A stretch of DNA of 64,000 nt from Vitrella brassicaformis CCMP3155 (GCA_001179505.1 CDMY01000355.1:40155-104154); one strand, 5' to 3'. Shown: positions 23,633 to 37,000, counted from the first letter of the stretch. Notes: generated by a model not told the origin, from the letters alone. A program made the numbers and translations.

Positions 23633-25224
23633 TCATCTCGTCTCCTCCGCCGCTTTGCCTAGCGCTCGCGTCAGCAGTTCGATGAACAGGGGGTCGCGCG
23701 GCACAAAGGCAGGATGCCGAGACACCAACGCCTGCACAACACAACACAACACAAGGCAACGATAAATGCACGTTGGTGTCGTGTGTCGTCAATCGTGCGT
23801 CCCCCATCGTCCTTGTCTGTCTGTCTGACAGATCTCCCATGGGGGATAGCGAGAAGGACAGCGGTGTGCGCAGAATCAGAGGATGCAGCACCACGCAGAC
23901 AGCACGCATCCGTGAACATCTGCGACTCCCTCCCTCCCTGTCTGCATCCCTCCCTCCGTCCACCCACCTGCTGTATCTGCCTGAGTCTGCCCACTTTCAG
24001 CTCCGACACTTCCGAAGGCGCTGGACGGAACACACCAGATGACGGCTCTGCCGCCGGGCTGTGGTTGAGCTTTAGCTGGAAGTCGTCATCGGTGAGCGGC
24101 GCTGGGACCATCTCCAACAGAGGCCTTGCAGGGCGGAAGAGGTACACCGACTGGTACTCGCAGCAAATGTACATGCCGTGCCGGCGGATCTCGCCCTTCT
24201 CGCGATGGCCGATGGTGAACAGGTGCATCAAGTCGCCCTCAATCACCTCGGTTGACGGATCTTCCCCAACCGGCCGCAGCAGCAGCCGAAGTGACTGCCG
24301 ATGCCGACTTGCCTCCGCCGGTCCCTTTGGCTCGTCACTCGGGGCGTTGGTGGGTTCCTGTTGGTCTAGCGGGTCATCGATTGACGAGCGTGTGACGAAT
24401 GCCGGCCTGCTGGGGTCGTCGCAGAGGATGGGACGAAGCACAATGGACTCATGGCTACTGTCAGCAGTGGGGTTGTGTAGCCGATCGAATGAGCAGTGGA
24501 GCGTTGCGTTGGTGAGGGGGTCGACGACATCGACAGTGACGCCCAGCTCCTCCTCTATCTCGCGCACCACTGTGGTCAGGGGCACACCGCCAGCGTCAAC
24601 ATGACCTGGTCATACAATGGAACCAACAATCCCCTCAATGCGTTGCCTTCTCCACAGCGAGGAATACCAGCATACCTACCTGCCACAGTGATGTCCCAAC
24701 AGCCAGGATTGGTGCTGCAGACACACACACACACACACACACAGAGCACATAAGGACACCATCGATGGATGGGTGTGTGTGGCTGCCTCACTCCCTCACT
24801 CTTTATGCCTTGACCGCCGCTGCAGGACCAGCTCCCAGTCACCATCCGCCGTGCTGCCCCCGAACCAGCACAGCGACGTCCGATGCCACAACCCACACAC
24901 ATGCACCTTCAGCCGGCTCTCCACATAGCCAGCAGGGACCACAGCCGACCTCTCCCCCGACGGCGGGCGGTACACATCAAAGGGCTCCGACATCGATTGT
25001 CCCAAAGAAGTGAAGGACGCATCCTTCGCAGCAGCAGCAGCAGCAAGGCGGGCAGCAGAGTGCAGGCGCCGACGCGAGAGAGACTCCCCGAGGGAAGATG
25101 GGAGCCCTACAAATGAAATAGCAGCTACGTCAGAATGGATCTTCGTCACGGCGGTGGGTGCCTGCGGGTGGTGGTTGCGGGGTGGCCGGTAGAGCAGCCT
25201 CCTGAGCGTCGAACATGAGGCCAT
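23633..25224 (-). CDS. Nudix hydrolase of the IDI/NUDX3-like type, with possible organellar transit peptide
   Basis: GLWHRTSLCW, LVLQRRSRHK|STNPGCWDITVA|GHVDAGGVPLTTVVREIEEELG (Nudix box), later EYQSVYLF and EVSELK. N-terminus MASCSTLRRLLYR is basic and hydroxylated. Confidence 0.82.
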
Positions 25225-25479
25225 GAGTGGATGTACCAGCAACAGCACCGAGCAGATCCGTATCAAAAGACACAGACAACGGTGCATTGATCACTGCTTG
25301 TGAACTCTCCGCGGGGCTGCTAACACGAGCCCTTCAGGCAGGAGATCTGCAGTTCGTGTTTTCATGTTGGACGCCTAGGGTATTACGTGAAACCGCTCTC
25401 TCAAGGGACATTGCGTTTGTTTGTGTGCTCCCTCAGCAGCAGGTCGACTGAGATCTGTGCAGATCTGTTCAAGCTGACT

Positions 25480-27227
25480 ATGTTTGGAGATCCCTATCGG
25501 GACCGGGAAGACACCAACACGCGCTTCTTCCGCAATGTGCAATGCATCCTGCAGGTGCGCCGCTGCTCACTTGATGTGCGCAGTACACACATGGATGGAT
25601 GGATGGATGGATGGATGGATGGATGGATGGATGGATGGATGGATGGATGGCTGCAGTTCCTGCGCGACAATGGGCTTGAGGCGTCACTGACATCCGTGGC
25701 CAGCGAGACGGGTGTGGAGTACATCGATGGCTACCTACCTGGAGGAGCACTCGACTGTGCCCTCGGTGAGGAGTGAGTAATTCCAGCAAAGGAGGAAGTC
25801 GAGGCATGCAGGCCGATTTGCCGGTGTCTGCCGTGTGTGTGCAGATCTGTATGAGGATTATCGTGTCAAGCAGGTCGCCCACTCGAGTGACGGGGCCGAT
25901 CCATCCGACTTGCAGGTGGTACTCCCCGACCACACAGGGCACATCTGCCGCAGCCAACTGCTGACCGTCGACCCTCCGCACCCAAAGAACGTGCTGACCA
26001 TCCGCTTTCTGCCCCCCTCCCCCTCCCTCTCCCAGCATCAGACGTTCATCGCCACAGGGGCAGCCGACAGCGTACTGCGGATCATCCGGCTGAAGCTGGA
26101 TGACAGCAGCGGTGCCAGCGAGGTGGTGGCGGCGTATGAAGGGATGCGGTCGCCCATCCTCACCATCGACTTCGACAAGTCGAGCGGCGGTGGGCTCCTG
26201 CTGCTGCTCGGGGGGATGGCAGGCAACGTGCAGCTGGTGAGGTGGGAGGAGGGGAGAGCGATGGAGCTGCTGCATGAGTATCAGCATCACGCGACCGGCA
26301 AGCCCGTCCTGTGCGCCCGGTTCTCCCCCGACGGCCGCTACATCGTCACCGCATCCAAGGACCGCACTCTCGCCCTACTCGAGCGGGCAAACGACGCCGA
26401 AGCAGAGTCCAGCGGCGGGGGGCGGTTCGTGCAGCGGGCGGCTTTCACCTTTACGGGAGAGGTGCTCGCCATCGAGTGGGTGGGTGTTGACGAGTGCGTT
26501 GCCAGCGTGCGAGGCAGCTACGAGCTGCATTATTTCAGCGCCAGCCAGCGGAAGGAGACGATGCGGACGACCCTCAACGCCATGCGCGATGATGTGGTGA
26601 GCTTCGCTGTGCTGGACCTCAAGGCGAGTGCCGACGGGACGAAGCTGCTGGCCTGCACCGACAAGTCGCGACTGATCCTCTTCGCCACCAAATCGAGCAT
26701 GCAGGTAAAGGACAGACTGACTGACGGAGAGGAAAGAACGGAGGGAGAAGTGACTGACATGTGACCAGAACAAGGGTCTATGATGCGGTGCGTGCGATGT
26801 GTGTGTTTGCTGCTGATCGATCCATTTGGCATCCATCATCATCAGCTGGGCAACTACTACGGGTTTGAGTGCGACGACTATTCATTGCCGGTGTGTGCCT
26901 TCTCCCTCGACGGCAAGTCGGTCTACGCCACCTCCACGGGGGCACACTCGACCAAAACCAAACTGCAGGTCAGTCAGGGGCACACAACACACAACACACA
27001 CGCTTACGCTTACACGCGACAGACAGGCTGCACACCAATGACCTCTGTGTGTGTGTCGGTGAGTGCTGTTGTAGGCGCCTGAGGTGGTGTGCTGGGACAT
27101 AGCGACGCAGCGCCTCGTGCACCGTTTGCGTGGGCACAAGGCGACAATCCGCACCCTGGCGCGGCACCCCACTCGAGAGCTGATTGCCACGGGGGGATTC
27201 GACAAACAGGTCATTCTCTACTCGTAG
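25480..27227 (+). CDS. LisH + WD40-repeat protein
   Basis: LisH-like ILQ|[20 protein letters not shown] motifs [59 protein letters not shown]; stop at 27227. Confidence 0.85.
25591..25650. repeat. (GATG)n intronic microsatellite
   Basis: About 15 tandem ATGG units inside the first intron of the WD40 gene. Confidence 0.95.
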
Positions 27228-27886
27228 ATATTGGTTCTGGCGATGGCTGTTGCGGATAGCAGACAGACAGACACGTTTTACATCAATGTGTGGTTCTGCT
27301 TTCCCATTTCGGCATTTTGACGTCACGAAGACCGACCGAGTGCGTGAGACCGTTTCAGCGGAATGAACCTTTCATTCATCATGTCATCAAGTCTTGTTTG
27401 GATGCCCATACGTCCAGCAACATATGCACACCCCATCTATCTATCGTCTCATCCCTTGGTCACACTGTGTGGGTCCATTATCATCTCTCGCCGCCCACGA
27501 TCTTCACAATCACTCCATCTCCCTCAAACCGTCTCTGAATCGTGTTATGGTCTCAGAGCAGATTTGTGGCAACCAGAGTGACGGTGAAAGCAGCGCACGC
27601 AGCAAGGACACACCACAGCCAGAGGCACCCTCATCCCTTCTGCACCGCCCGCCAACCAATTGCCGCCAACCACCAGACACCAGACACCACTCAAAGCAGA
27701 TCACGCAGCCGCTCAGTCATCCCATACCCACACACTTGCACCACTGACTGCCACGAGAGAAAGCTCATGTGCAATATGTGCTGCCTGCCTGCCTGCCTCT
27801 CTACACGAAAAAGAGACCAGTCCAGTCGTCTCGGCTCCGTCCCGCGCCAGCCACGCCATCCGGCATCTTCGGCGGTGTCGTGTCGG

Positions 27887-28147
27887 TCATGCCGAGTAAG
27901 GGTTGCCCATTTGTCGAAATGCGGGGTTGGTGAGGTTTCTGCGGCACTGTGCGTAGGCCTTTCTGAGTACGATGCAGTCGTCGCCCACGACGGCGCCGTC
28001 CTTGCTGTGTAGGCACTGGCGGAAGGTGTAGCCGTACTCGGCGAAGCACTTGGACTGCTTGTAGCACGTCACCATCTCGTCATGCACCTTCTTGCACGAG
28101 TTGGACGCCGAACGGTGCGGCTTGTCCTCACTCAGAGGCAAAGACAT
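27887..28147 (-). CDS. COA5: Cytochrome c oxidase assembly factor PET191/COA5 (twin CX9C protein), single exon
   Basis: 86 aa with six cysteines spaced CX9C-X5-C-X10-C-X12-CX9C, followed by RRN.....R..GN. This matches the Pet191 pattern (yeast CKRG...RFTGN). Confidence 0.8.
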   Translation of the reverse strand: MSLPLSEDKPHRSASNSCKKVHDEMVTCYKQSKCFAEYGYTFRQCLHSKDGAVVGDDCIVLRKAYAQCRRNLTNPAFRQMGNPYSA

Positions 28148-28303
28148 CAGGGTCAGGCAGGCTGGGAGAGATAGATAAGATGCGCTGCGGGGGAGATGGA
28201 TCAGCTGCTCATGGTGGAAGAATCAACATATCTCCCGACAGCAACCACTGTCCCTGAGCAGAACCACCGTCCCTTCCCTGCGAGTTTTCCTTCCCTTTGG
28301 GCT

Positions 28304-28313
28304 TAGCTCGCAG
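28304..28313 (+). promoter_or_regulatory. Candidate upstream element TAGCTCGCAG
   Basis: 62 nt before the MFS ATG. Confidence 0.5.
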
Positions 28314-28375
28314 GGGAAGGAGAGGAAAGGGGAGAGAAAGGGAGGAAGGCGTCAACATTCGGTGCGACAACACAG

Positions 28376-30854
28376 ATGCCTACGGCAGAGGAGAGCCAGG
28401 AAATCGACTGGGAAGCTCCAAAGTCGCCTTCACACTCTGCCGCTGCTGCGCATGCCGACAAGGATCCGTCAGCTGCCGGACGCCAAGCCACAGCTCTCCC
28501 GGTTCCGCTCCGCAGGCTGCAGCTGGTGGTCAACCTCTGCAACGCCATCGAGGGTGTTGATCTGCAGCTGCTGCCCAGCTCATTCAAGGCACTGGAGGGA
28601 AGCTTCGGCCTGTCGCCATCTGCATTGGGTCAGTCAGCAATGGCCAGGAGTGACTGCATGGTACATGTTCACCAGGACTGTCTGTCTGTCTGTCTGTCTG
28701 TGTGTGCAGGTAGGCTGTCTTTGGTGCAGGCACTGTGCCAGGCGTCGGCTGGCCCACTATGGGGCCACATGGCCGACAATGTGTCAAGGAACCTGCTGCT
28801 GTCGTTTGGGTGCTGTTTCTGGGGCGTGCTGAGCATGCTGTTCGCCTCCAGCCAGTACTACTACCAGATGCTGGTGTTGAGGGCACTCAACGGTGTGGCG
28901 CTGGCGAGCGTGGGACCTGTGTGTCAATCCATCATTGCCGACATGTTCCCGTCGTCTGAGAGAGGCGGCGCGTTTGGGCTGATTCAGCTCGCGCTGTGCA
29001 GCGGGATGATCCTGGGGGCCCTCTTCGCAACGTCACTATCACGGCGGCAGGTGGGACAGCTCACCTCACACAGGGCTGGCTGATGACGGCGACACAGCCA
29101 GAGGGGATTGTCTATGTGGCTGTTATGTTTGTGCAGCTGACCGATACCTTGCAAGGGTGGCGAGTTGCGTTTGCCCTCGCCGGGATGACATCCTGTGTCA
29201 TCGGAATGTTTATGTGCACAAGGACGGCTGAAGCACCGCGGCCAAGGCAGAAACGGTCTCATTCAGACAGGTCGTCTGTTGGCGACCACGGCGAGTTGGT
29301 GCCGGCTGACCTTGGGTCTGTCAAGATCCGGCACATCATGAGGAAGAGGACCTTCCTGCTGCTGCTGGGTCAAGGGCTTTTCGGGTATATCCCTTTGAAC
29401 GCATTCGCCTTCTGCACAATGTGAGATCCTAGATATGATGCCATCGATCAGGAGTGTCGCGTGTTCATCTGTGTGTGTGGTGTGTTTGGTATGTGTGTGT
29501 TTCGTCAGGTGGTACCAGTATGTCGGCTTTTCTGATGCAGCGGCCGCCCTGCTGACTGCTCTGTTGCTCTTCGGTGGCGCCATTGGTGGCCTCATCGGCG
29601 GGGTCCTGGGAGATAAGGCGTCGGTCATGTCGCGATATCACGGCCGTCCGTGTGTCGGCCAGTTCTCCTCCCTCGCGGGCATCCCTCTCGTGTGGCTCCT
29701 GCTGCAACGGTAACACCACCGCCACACACAAACCAGCCAGGCACGTATCGTATCAATCACGTGTGCGTGTGGGTCTGTCTCCTCCGGTTGCAGGACGCCT
29801 CGCGACACGGACCACTTCTTCGTCTCTGCGGTGCTCATGTTTCTGTCGGGCACTGTGGCCACGTGGGGCTCTGTTGCTGTCAACCGGCCCGTACTGGCCG
29901 AGATCGTGCCGGCACAGAAACGTGCCACGCTGTTCGCAATCATGGTTGCTCTGGAGGGTAGTGCGGCTGCATTTCTGGGGGCACCTGTTGTCGCTTTGCT
30001 GGTGAGGATGGAATACCGCAAATTGATTGCATTTGACAAGTGCTCTATCCATCCATCCATTCATCGATCCATATGTGTGTGTGTGTGTGTGTGTGTGTGC
30101 GGTGTCTGTCTGTCAGGCCGAGTGGGTGTACGGCTATGAGCTGCCCTCGTCACGAGACCTGCCTCGATCCGACCCATCAGCAGTCGACGTAGATGTCGAC
30201 CCAGCCGTCCGCTCACGGAACGTGACAGCCCTTGCCAACAGCCTCACTCTGGCCATCACCATCCCGTGGGCACTTTGCTTCGTCTGCTACTCGCTGCTGC
30301 ACCTCACCTATCGCCGCGATGCGACGCAGGGGCTCCCCACAAGGCAACACGGCGGCTATGTCCGAGTGGGGGTGGAGGAAGAGGCGAGGAAGGTCTCTGT
30401 TGACGAGAGCGGCCATTCGGCAGCGGCTGGCCAGCGCTCTGACGATGAGCAGCCGTTGCGAGGGGCGGTGGACGAGGGCCGTGCTGAGCGAGACACCGAG
30501 GCGGCCACCTCGGAGATCAGGGATGGTGACACCGACGAGTACATCCGTTCACGGTCTCCCGTCATTCCCAACAGCCCCCCACCCGACGCCGCCCCGAGGC
30601 CGTCGACCAGCCCTCGGCTGCCGCCGGTGGACAGGGGAGGAGGCGGTGTCTTTTCGCAGCTCTTTCGGCTTCTGGCCGGCCAGCCAAGTGACGCTGGGCA
30701 TCAAGACAAAGAGCGCCAGATGGACAGCCAAGACAAGAGGGGGCCGTGGCGGGCGGAGTTGTCTCTGTCGAGCGGACCTCTAGATTCCAGTAGCAATGAC
30801 AGGCCTGATAGGCCTGGGTCTAGGGGGCAGCTGCCTCACACTAAACCCTTCTGA
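28376..30854 (+). CDS. Major facilitator superfamily transporter (spinster-like)
   Basis: D.QLLPSSFKAL, WGHMADNVSR (MFS motif A-like), LRALNG, QSIIADMFPSSERGGAFG, GGLIGGVLGD, NRPVLAEIVP...RAT. Multiple TM segments across the exons and an acidic C-tail. Confidence 0.88.
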
Positions 30855-31297
30855 TGGATGGATGGATGCGTTGCATGCAGATGTGACACAGCACATTTAT
30901 TGGGTCATGTGGTGTGGTGTGGATTTCATGTCATGCTCGCGTGCGGTCTGATCTGACGTTTATCAGAACTGTTGAGTGACCCACAGCACGCGCACGTGCC
31001 AACGCGCACAGACACACCTTCAAAACCACCACCTACCGCACCCTGCCCTGAGCAGTCACATGAGCAGTCAGTCACACGCAGCGTTAATCAGTCCACACAC
31101 AAAGACGTACACGCCACCACACGCATCGTATCGCATCCCATCAGCTTTGACAGCTCCCTCCGAATTAAGAGCACACTCGCATCACGCTCACGTGAATGAA
31201 TGGCAAAAATCGGGTCAAACGGTCCAAAACTGAGCCTTGACCAGCAGTGAAAAAACGCACGAGCTTGCCCTTCCCCCCCCCACCCCCCTCCCTCTGT

Positions 31298-32155
31298 CTA
31301 CCAGACCATGTATTGCCTCAGCAGCTTGGCGCCCGTGACCATGAAAAGGGTCTGCCACACGCCCAGGCCTATCCTCGGCACGATGCCCTGGAACAGCCCC
31401 GCCACGCCGTCGTTGCGCACTACGGTGCGGAGGACCTGCAGCAGGTTCTCCTTCGGCTTGCCCTCGTTGGCCGCCGCCTGCATCTGGATGCGCGCCACCT
31501 CGAAGGGCTGATTCCATGTCGACAGGGCTCCGCCGAGGATGCCGGCACAGGCCTCCTGGGGGACCGTGAGCTTGGCGTCCTTGTCGCCGTGCAGCCGGAC
31601 CTTCAGCTGCGACCTGATGAACTCGGTGATGCCCTGCCGCGACGCCCAGTTGGTGGCCTGTCGGAATGCGATGGCGGTGCCGCCCGGGTAGAAGCCCTTG
31701 ATGCCCTGCTTGGCCCACACCTCGGCTGCCTTCTGAGTCACCGACACCTTCCCCTCACCCGTCACGGCCGCCGTCACGAGGAAGGTGCACGGACCCATGA
31801 CGACCGTCTGGCACACACCGCCCCCGGCTCCAGCCGCAAAGCCTGCCAGGGTCTCGCTGCAGCCCGCTGACGTCATGGCCGTGAGGATGAGCTCCTTGCT
31901 GTAGAGCAGCACGGCTCCCTTGGTCGCCGACTCGACCATCTTGGCTGAGGTGCCCTGCCAGAAGGCCAGCGGACCGCCACCCTTCTCCATGACAGCGAAG
32001 AAGGCCCGCACAGTCGACTCGTTGCGGAAGCGGCCCATCCTGGTCTTCCACACCTCAAAGGGCATCCCCAGCGTGGCCGCCTCGACGCATTGCAGCACGG
32101 CGCCATTCACGAGGTCCTTCCAGCCGCCCTTCGCAGAGCCAGCCGGAGGCGACAT
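31298..32155 (-). CDS. YHM2: Mitochondrial carrier, YHM2-like (citrate/oxoglutarate carrier family); intronless
   Basis: Carrier signatures PFEVWKTRM and PFEVARIQMQ. ESATKGAVLL, RQATNWASR, WNQP and PRIGLGVWQTLFMV closely match yeast Yhm2 as I recall it (EASTKGAVLL, RQMTNWGSR, PRIGLGIWQTVFMV). First true ATG is at 32155. Confidence 0.85.
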   Translation of the reverse strand: MSPPAGSAKGGWKDLVNGAVLQCVEAATLGMPFEVWKTRMGRFRNESTVRAFFAVMEKGGGPLAFWQGTSAKMVESATKGAVLLYSKELILTAMTSAGCSETLAGFAAGAGGGVCQTVVMGPCTFLVTAAVTGEGKVSVTQKAAEVWAKQGIKGFYPGGTAIAFRQATNWASRQGITEFIRSQLKVRLHGDKDAKLTVPQEACAGILGGALSTWNQPFEVARIQMQAAANEGKPKENLLQVLRTVVRNDGVAGLFQGIVPRIGLGVWQTLFMVTGAKLLRQYMVW

Positions 32156-32292
32156 CCGAAAAGGGCAAGGCCGCACAGATCACCTGCACAGGCGATATGG
32201 GGAGAGGCCGGTGCAATGATACTCGTCGTCGTTGGCGGCGTATTCGCGGCGGAAGGGGACTCGGGGAGAAGTCGCGAAAATGATCACTTCCA

Positions 32293-32302
32293 AAGCTCGC
32301 AG
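32293..32302 (+). promoter_or_regulatory. Candidate upstream element AAGCTCGCAG
   Basis: 2 nt before the ATG at 32305. Confidence 0.55.
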
Positions 32303-32304
32303 AA

Positions 32305-33089
32305 ATGGCGCGTCTGTTGTTATTTGGGCTTCTGGCCATCGTGGCTGCCTCGAGCGATGCCATGCGAGTCCGTAGGTCGCGTCTTGCAGTGGACCAGACC
32401 GCGTCCGACGAAGATCTCCAATCTCAGGTGAGGGTGGAGGCAGACGAAGTGGATGGATGGATGGCGTGTTCTGCCTTGTTGCAGGAGTCTGATTTGTCGG
32501 CTGATCTGGCTGACATGAAGGACAACATGAACCTCCGCCAGCAACATTCCCGTCTGCTCGAGCATATCGCACACGACACAAAGCAGCTCATCGATGCGTC
32601 CCAACAGGCAAACACACTCTTTCCCTCCCTTCCTCCTCTGTCTTAGCACTGCATGTGAATGGATGCATGGTCGCTGCAGATGGGTGAGTTGGCGGTGACG
32701 GCGGATGAGAAGGCCCTGTCCAAGCGGTGGGTCAAGAAGGAGCGGTCGCTGCTGGCCCTCGGCACATCACTTCTCCACGAGTCCAAGCAGGACGCCATGC
32801 GCCTCACCGCTGGGCTCAAGACACAACTCGAGGACGCCATCAACACAGGTGCGTACGCTGACATGACAACGGACCGACAGACACACACATACCACTTCCG
32901 CCCCGCCCGTTGTGGATGTGGTGAGCAGAGAGGAGTTTGATAGCACAGGCGGATGAGCTCAACCACCACCTGCAGCAGGGCGAGGAGGCACAGCCGGTGG
33001 CACAGCAGACGGACAACACGGCCTCAAAGGGCCAGGAGCAGGTAGCTGAGGGTGGCGCTGCGTCGAAAGACAGCCCTCAAGCAGCCTAG
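32305..33089 (+). CDS. Small predicted secreted helical protein, 4 exons
   Basis: Signal-peptide-like MARLLLFGLLAIVAASSDA. Exons joined by GT-AG introns give an amphipathic helical sequence ending ...SKDSPQAA*. Confidence 0.6.
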
Positions 33090-33846
33090 GCTAGTAGTGA
33101 GAGACAGAGGAGTATGGAGGCACGGAGAACAAAACTAATCGACTGCACGTGGTTGGGTGTTGGGTGAATTGGATCGACGGAGCACATAAATATATGCATG
33201 TGTAGGTAGTGAGTGCCATTGCTGCGTTTGTCCGTCCTTCCGTGTTGGTGTGCATGAATTCACTCCATCATGTAAAGGACCACTCTGCCCATGTCTGTCT
33301 ACCGCACTGTGGGTCCACCCCCACCCAGGCCACCACACCCCTCCCTGTGTCTCAAATGCACGCCTCACAAACACGTCGATGTCCTATCTGATGAAGCCAA
33401 GCCACACACGAACAAACACTTCACCCACCACACCACGCCAGCTGTCGCAACAAGCGACCGACGTATGCACCCCACACATCCACACCTCCACACAGATATC
33501 ATTGTGTCCCTCCCTCCCTGCCTCCCTCCCTGGTCGTGGCGGTGTGTACCGATTCGATTCAACGCCATGCCATACAAACATACATACAAAGGAGCAGGGA
33601 GGGGAGGTTGGCACGGTAGACAGACAGATATACGGAGGCATACACAACACACATACGCGCCAGTACGGGAAAAATGACGCGCCGAAAAGGGGCCGGGCAG
33701 GCAGCACCGGGCCTGCCCGCCGCCTGCCTGTTTGCCTCATGGATGCACACATACATACGGGGAGGGAGGGAGGGGCACTGCACTGATCGAGTGAATTCCC
33801 CCACCCTTGTCAGTCAGACGGGCGATACACACGACGTCTGTGGCTG

Positions 33847-33889
33847 CCTCACCCGCCCTGCCTCACCCGCCCTGCCTCACCCGCCCTGC
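33847..33889. repeat. 14-bp tandem repeat (CCTCACCCGCCCTG) x3
   Basis: Directly visible in the convergent intergenic region. Confidence 0.85.
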
Positions 33890-34041
33890 CCCAGTGTGGT
33901 GTGGTGTGGTGTGTGAGGCAGACCCGACCACACGACGCAAAAAAGGAAGCCAAACCCACAGCCGCCCGCCTTGAGGATGTCCGTCTGTGTCGACACACAC
34001 GCCCACGCCACGCTCTCCCACCCAGCAGACAGACTCATTAA

Positions 34042-37000
34042 TTAAGCGGAGCCGAGTGCGCTGCCGCCCATGAGTATGAGGTTGGAGATGCGGTAGGCGG
34101 CGCCGCGCAGTGCTAGGTTCTGAAACAGGGCATACAGCCGGGGGTTCCTCTCCATCAGCCGACCCAACGCCTGGATAGCAAGCACACACAGGACAGACAC
34201 ACGTGGATGGAATGGAATGGGTTGGCTGTGGGGGGCCCCCGGGGCGTGTGTGTTTTAGATAGTCGTGGCAGGGCAGACCTCTTCGGTGAGGACGGCGAGC
34301 AGGGACTTGCGCATGGCCACCAGATTGGTCTTGCGCCTCTCTCGAGTGAGCAGCCCCACCTCGCCTATCATCTGGCCGCTGTGGTAGTATTCCAGCCACT
34401 CACCCCGCCCCACCGATATGCGCCTACAAGCACACACACATCAAATCAACGCGTATAACATTCAACACAAGGCCATTCCAATTAATTTCCACTACCTGTT
34501 CCAAATTGGGTGATCGATGACGATCGGCTCGGGCGCCATGTTGTGCTCGGACGCTCTCCTGACCACACACACACACACACACACAGACACAATGCCGGCC
34601 GGCATCCCTGGCGCGTCAGTCAGTTTCACACACACCTGCTAATGGCGGCGCTGCGTTGGTCGCCGGGGGCGGGTGTGGGGGAGGGGACCATGGGGGAGCC
34701 CCGGGGGGAGGCCAGCGGCACGCTGGACACGGCAAGGCACACCAACAGGTGCTCTGCTGTGCTGTGCTGTGTGGCCTGGTGAGTCATTCATGAGTGTGTC
34801 TTACTTGACTTCATAGAGGTCTCTCGGCACGCCCAGCCAGCCCCTCAGCAACACGACGGCACAGTCGGAGGCGTCGCGCTCTCTGCAAGCCAAACCACAT
34901 AGATGCGCACATCACATCGACATGTAGTGCCAATGAGTCAGTCATTAATCGTCCCACACGAACCGCCATATGGTTGCGCCAGCCGTGACGCGCCGGGTGA
35001 CGAAGTAGGAGGCCAGCTCGTGAATGTCTGACCTGACAATGACGGCACACACACACCACACACCCCTCTCTCCATCCATCCATCCATCCGTCCATCCCGG
35101 TGCCCTCTCCCCTTCTACCTCGAGTCGTCGTCACCCTTGACGCGCACCAGAATGTCTTCCAAGCTCTCCGTGGGCGGTGCAGACGAGGCCCCCGACCTCG
35201 GTGTCCCCCCAGAGATGCCCGCATCAGGCCCTGGCGGCCGCAGCGTCTTGGTCTCTCTCTGCTGCGCGATGCCTGTGACAGGCGGCCTCGCACCGTTGTC
35301 CCTCTCCTCACCCACACCCACCGCACCATGGGCGAACTGCACGGACTTGACTTGCGACGCCGTGTCAGGCAGCTCTGCGGCCATGGCGTTGACCTCTGTG
35401 AGGGTCATCTGCTCGGTGGCGGCCTCCTCGTCCCGCTCGTCAGTGCTGGTCATCTCCCCGATCGGCGGGTCCACCCCGTGCAGCAGGTCTTGGGCGAGGT
35501 GCTGCTGGCGCATCAGCTGCCTCTCGATGGGCTCTGTGACGCCGACGTGGTTGCGGTGCTCTTCCAGCAGCTGCTCCTCACACCACGCAAAGGCTGCGCC
35601 GCGTCATGCAGAGAGACAAAGAGACAGAAATACAGCCAGCCATGCTGGGGACGCGACGCGTGTGTCGATGGGTTCTGGCTGAGCTGAGCTGAGCTGAGCT
35701 TACCTGCCGCAACGTCGCTGAAGAACCTGATGGAATAAGATCCGGTGGAGGCTTGGCGCTGCACGTTGTCAGGCTGTGCGGCCTGCGGCCCGATGGTGGG
35801 TGAGGAGCCGGGCAGCTCCGACGTCTGCTGAGTTATCATGGGGGAGTAATACTCTACCTTCAGCCTGACACACACACACATACAGTCGACACAAACAGAC
35901 GACCTCTGCCTGTGGGTGGGTGGCTGGCTGATCTCAGTGTTGTTGGAGTCACCCGGATCGTTTCCTTGGCGGCCCCGGCGAGGCGAAGTCGACAGGGGGT
36001 GTGTGCGAGGCGCGGCTGAGCGACTGGAGGATCATGCGGTTGTGGGCCTCGTGATGGTGGTCGAACATGTCAGACTCGAACACACGACCCCTCCCTGCCC
36101 GGCTCACGATGCTCTTCGACATACTGACACACACACACACACACACACCCCATTGGAGCACATCCACCCGATGTGGCCATCTGTATCCGTCTCGCCCCCG
36201 CACTTACCCGGTGCAGAGGAGTGTGACGTCCTGCATGTGTGCGAGTTTGGTGAGGCCGTGCAGTTTGTCGACGCCCGTCGAGTCGATCGAGACCACCCTG
36301 GTGAAGTCGAGCATGAGGTACCGCAGCCCACGACGGTCCTCAAACAGCGCCGTCACGAAACTCAGCATCTGAAAAGAGAGAGACGAGGAATGGGCGTCAT
36401 CTGCGTGTGGGGGATGGATGGGTGTGTGCGCGTGTGCATGCCTCATAGCCTCATACTTGTGTGGCGTTTCCGAAGAAGAGAGCGCCCTGCAGTTTGATGA
36501 TGTAGACGGACTCCTCCATCATCTCGTCCAATACGTCCTGCTCCCACAAGGCGCGCAACTCAGACGACCTAACGAACGACACACATACAACAAACCACAC
36601 ACACACACAGACATAGACACACCGACCATCGATCCATCCATCCATTCATCCATCGCGACCTACCTGAGCCCTTTTGCAGCGAAGGCGGTGTGTATGGCCT
36701 GTATCCGTGAGCACTGCAGGACGAAGGTGAGGAAGGCCAGCAGCGCCCCCACACCGATGCCGTCCATGAACGACCACCCGATCATCGTCAGCGAGATGAT
36801 CACCACGGCCGAGTACTCGTATCTGTCAAGCTCGAAGCGACTGTCGATGAAGGCCTCCTCTATCAGCAGCCACCCGACGTGCACCGGGATCAGCCCTGCC
36901 AGGATCTGCACACCACACACGGGGGATAGATGGATGGCCTGCACGGTTGTTGTGTTGTGTGTGTGTGCACTGTTTACTGGTTCCTCCTCCTACCTTTGGG

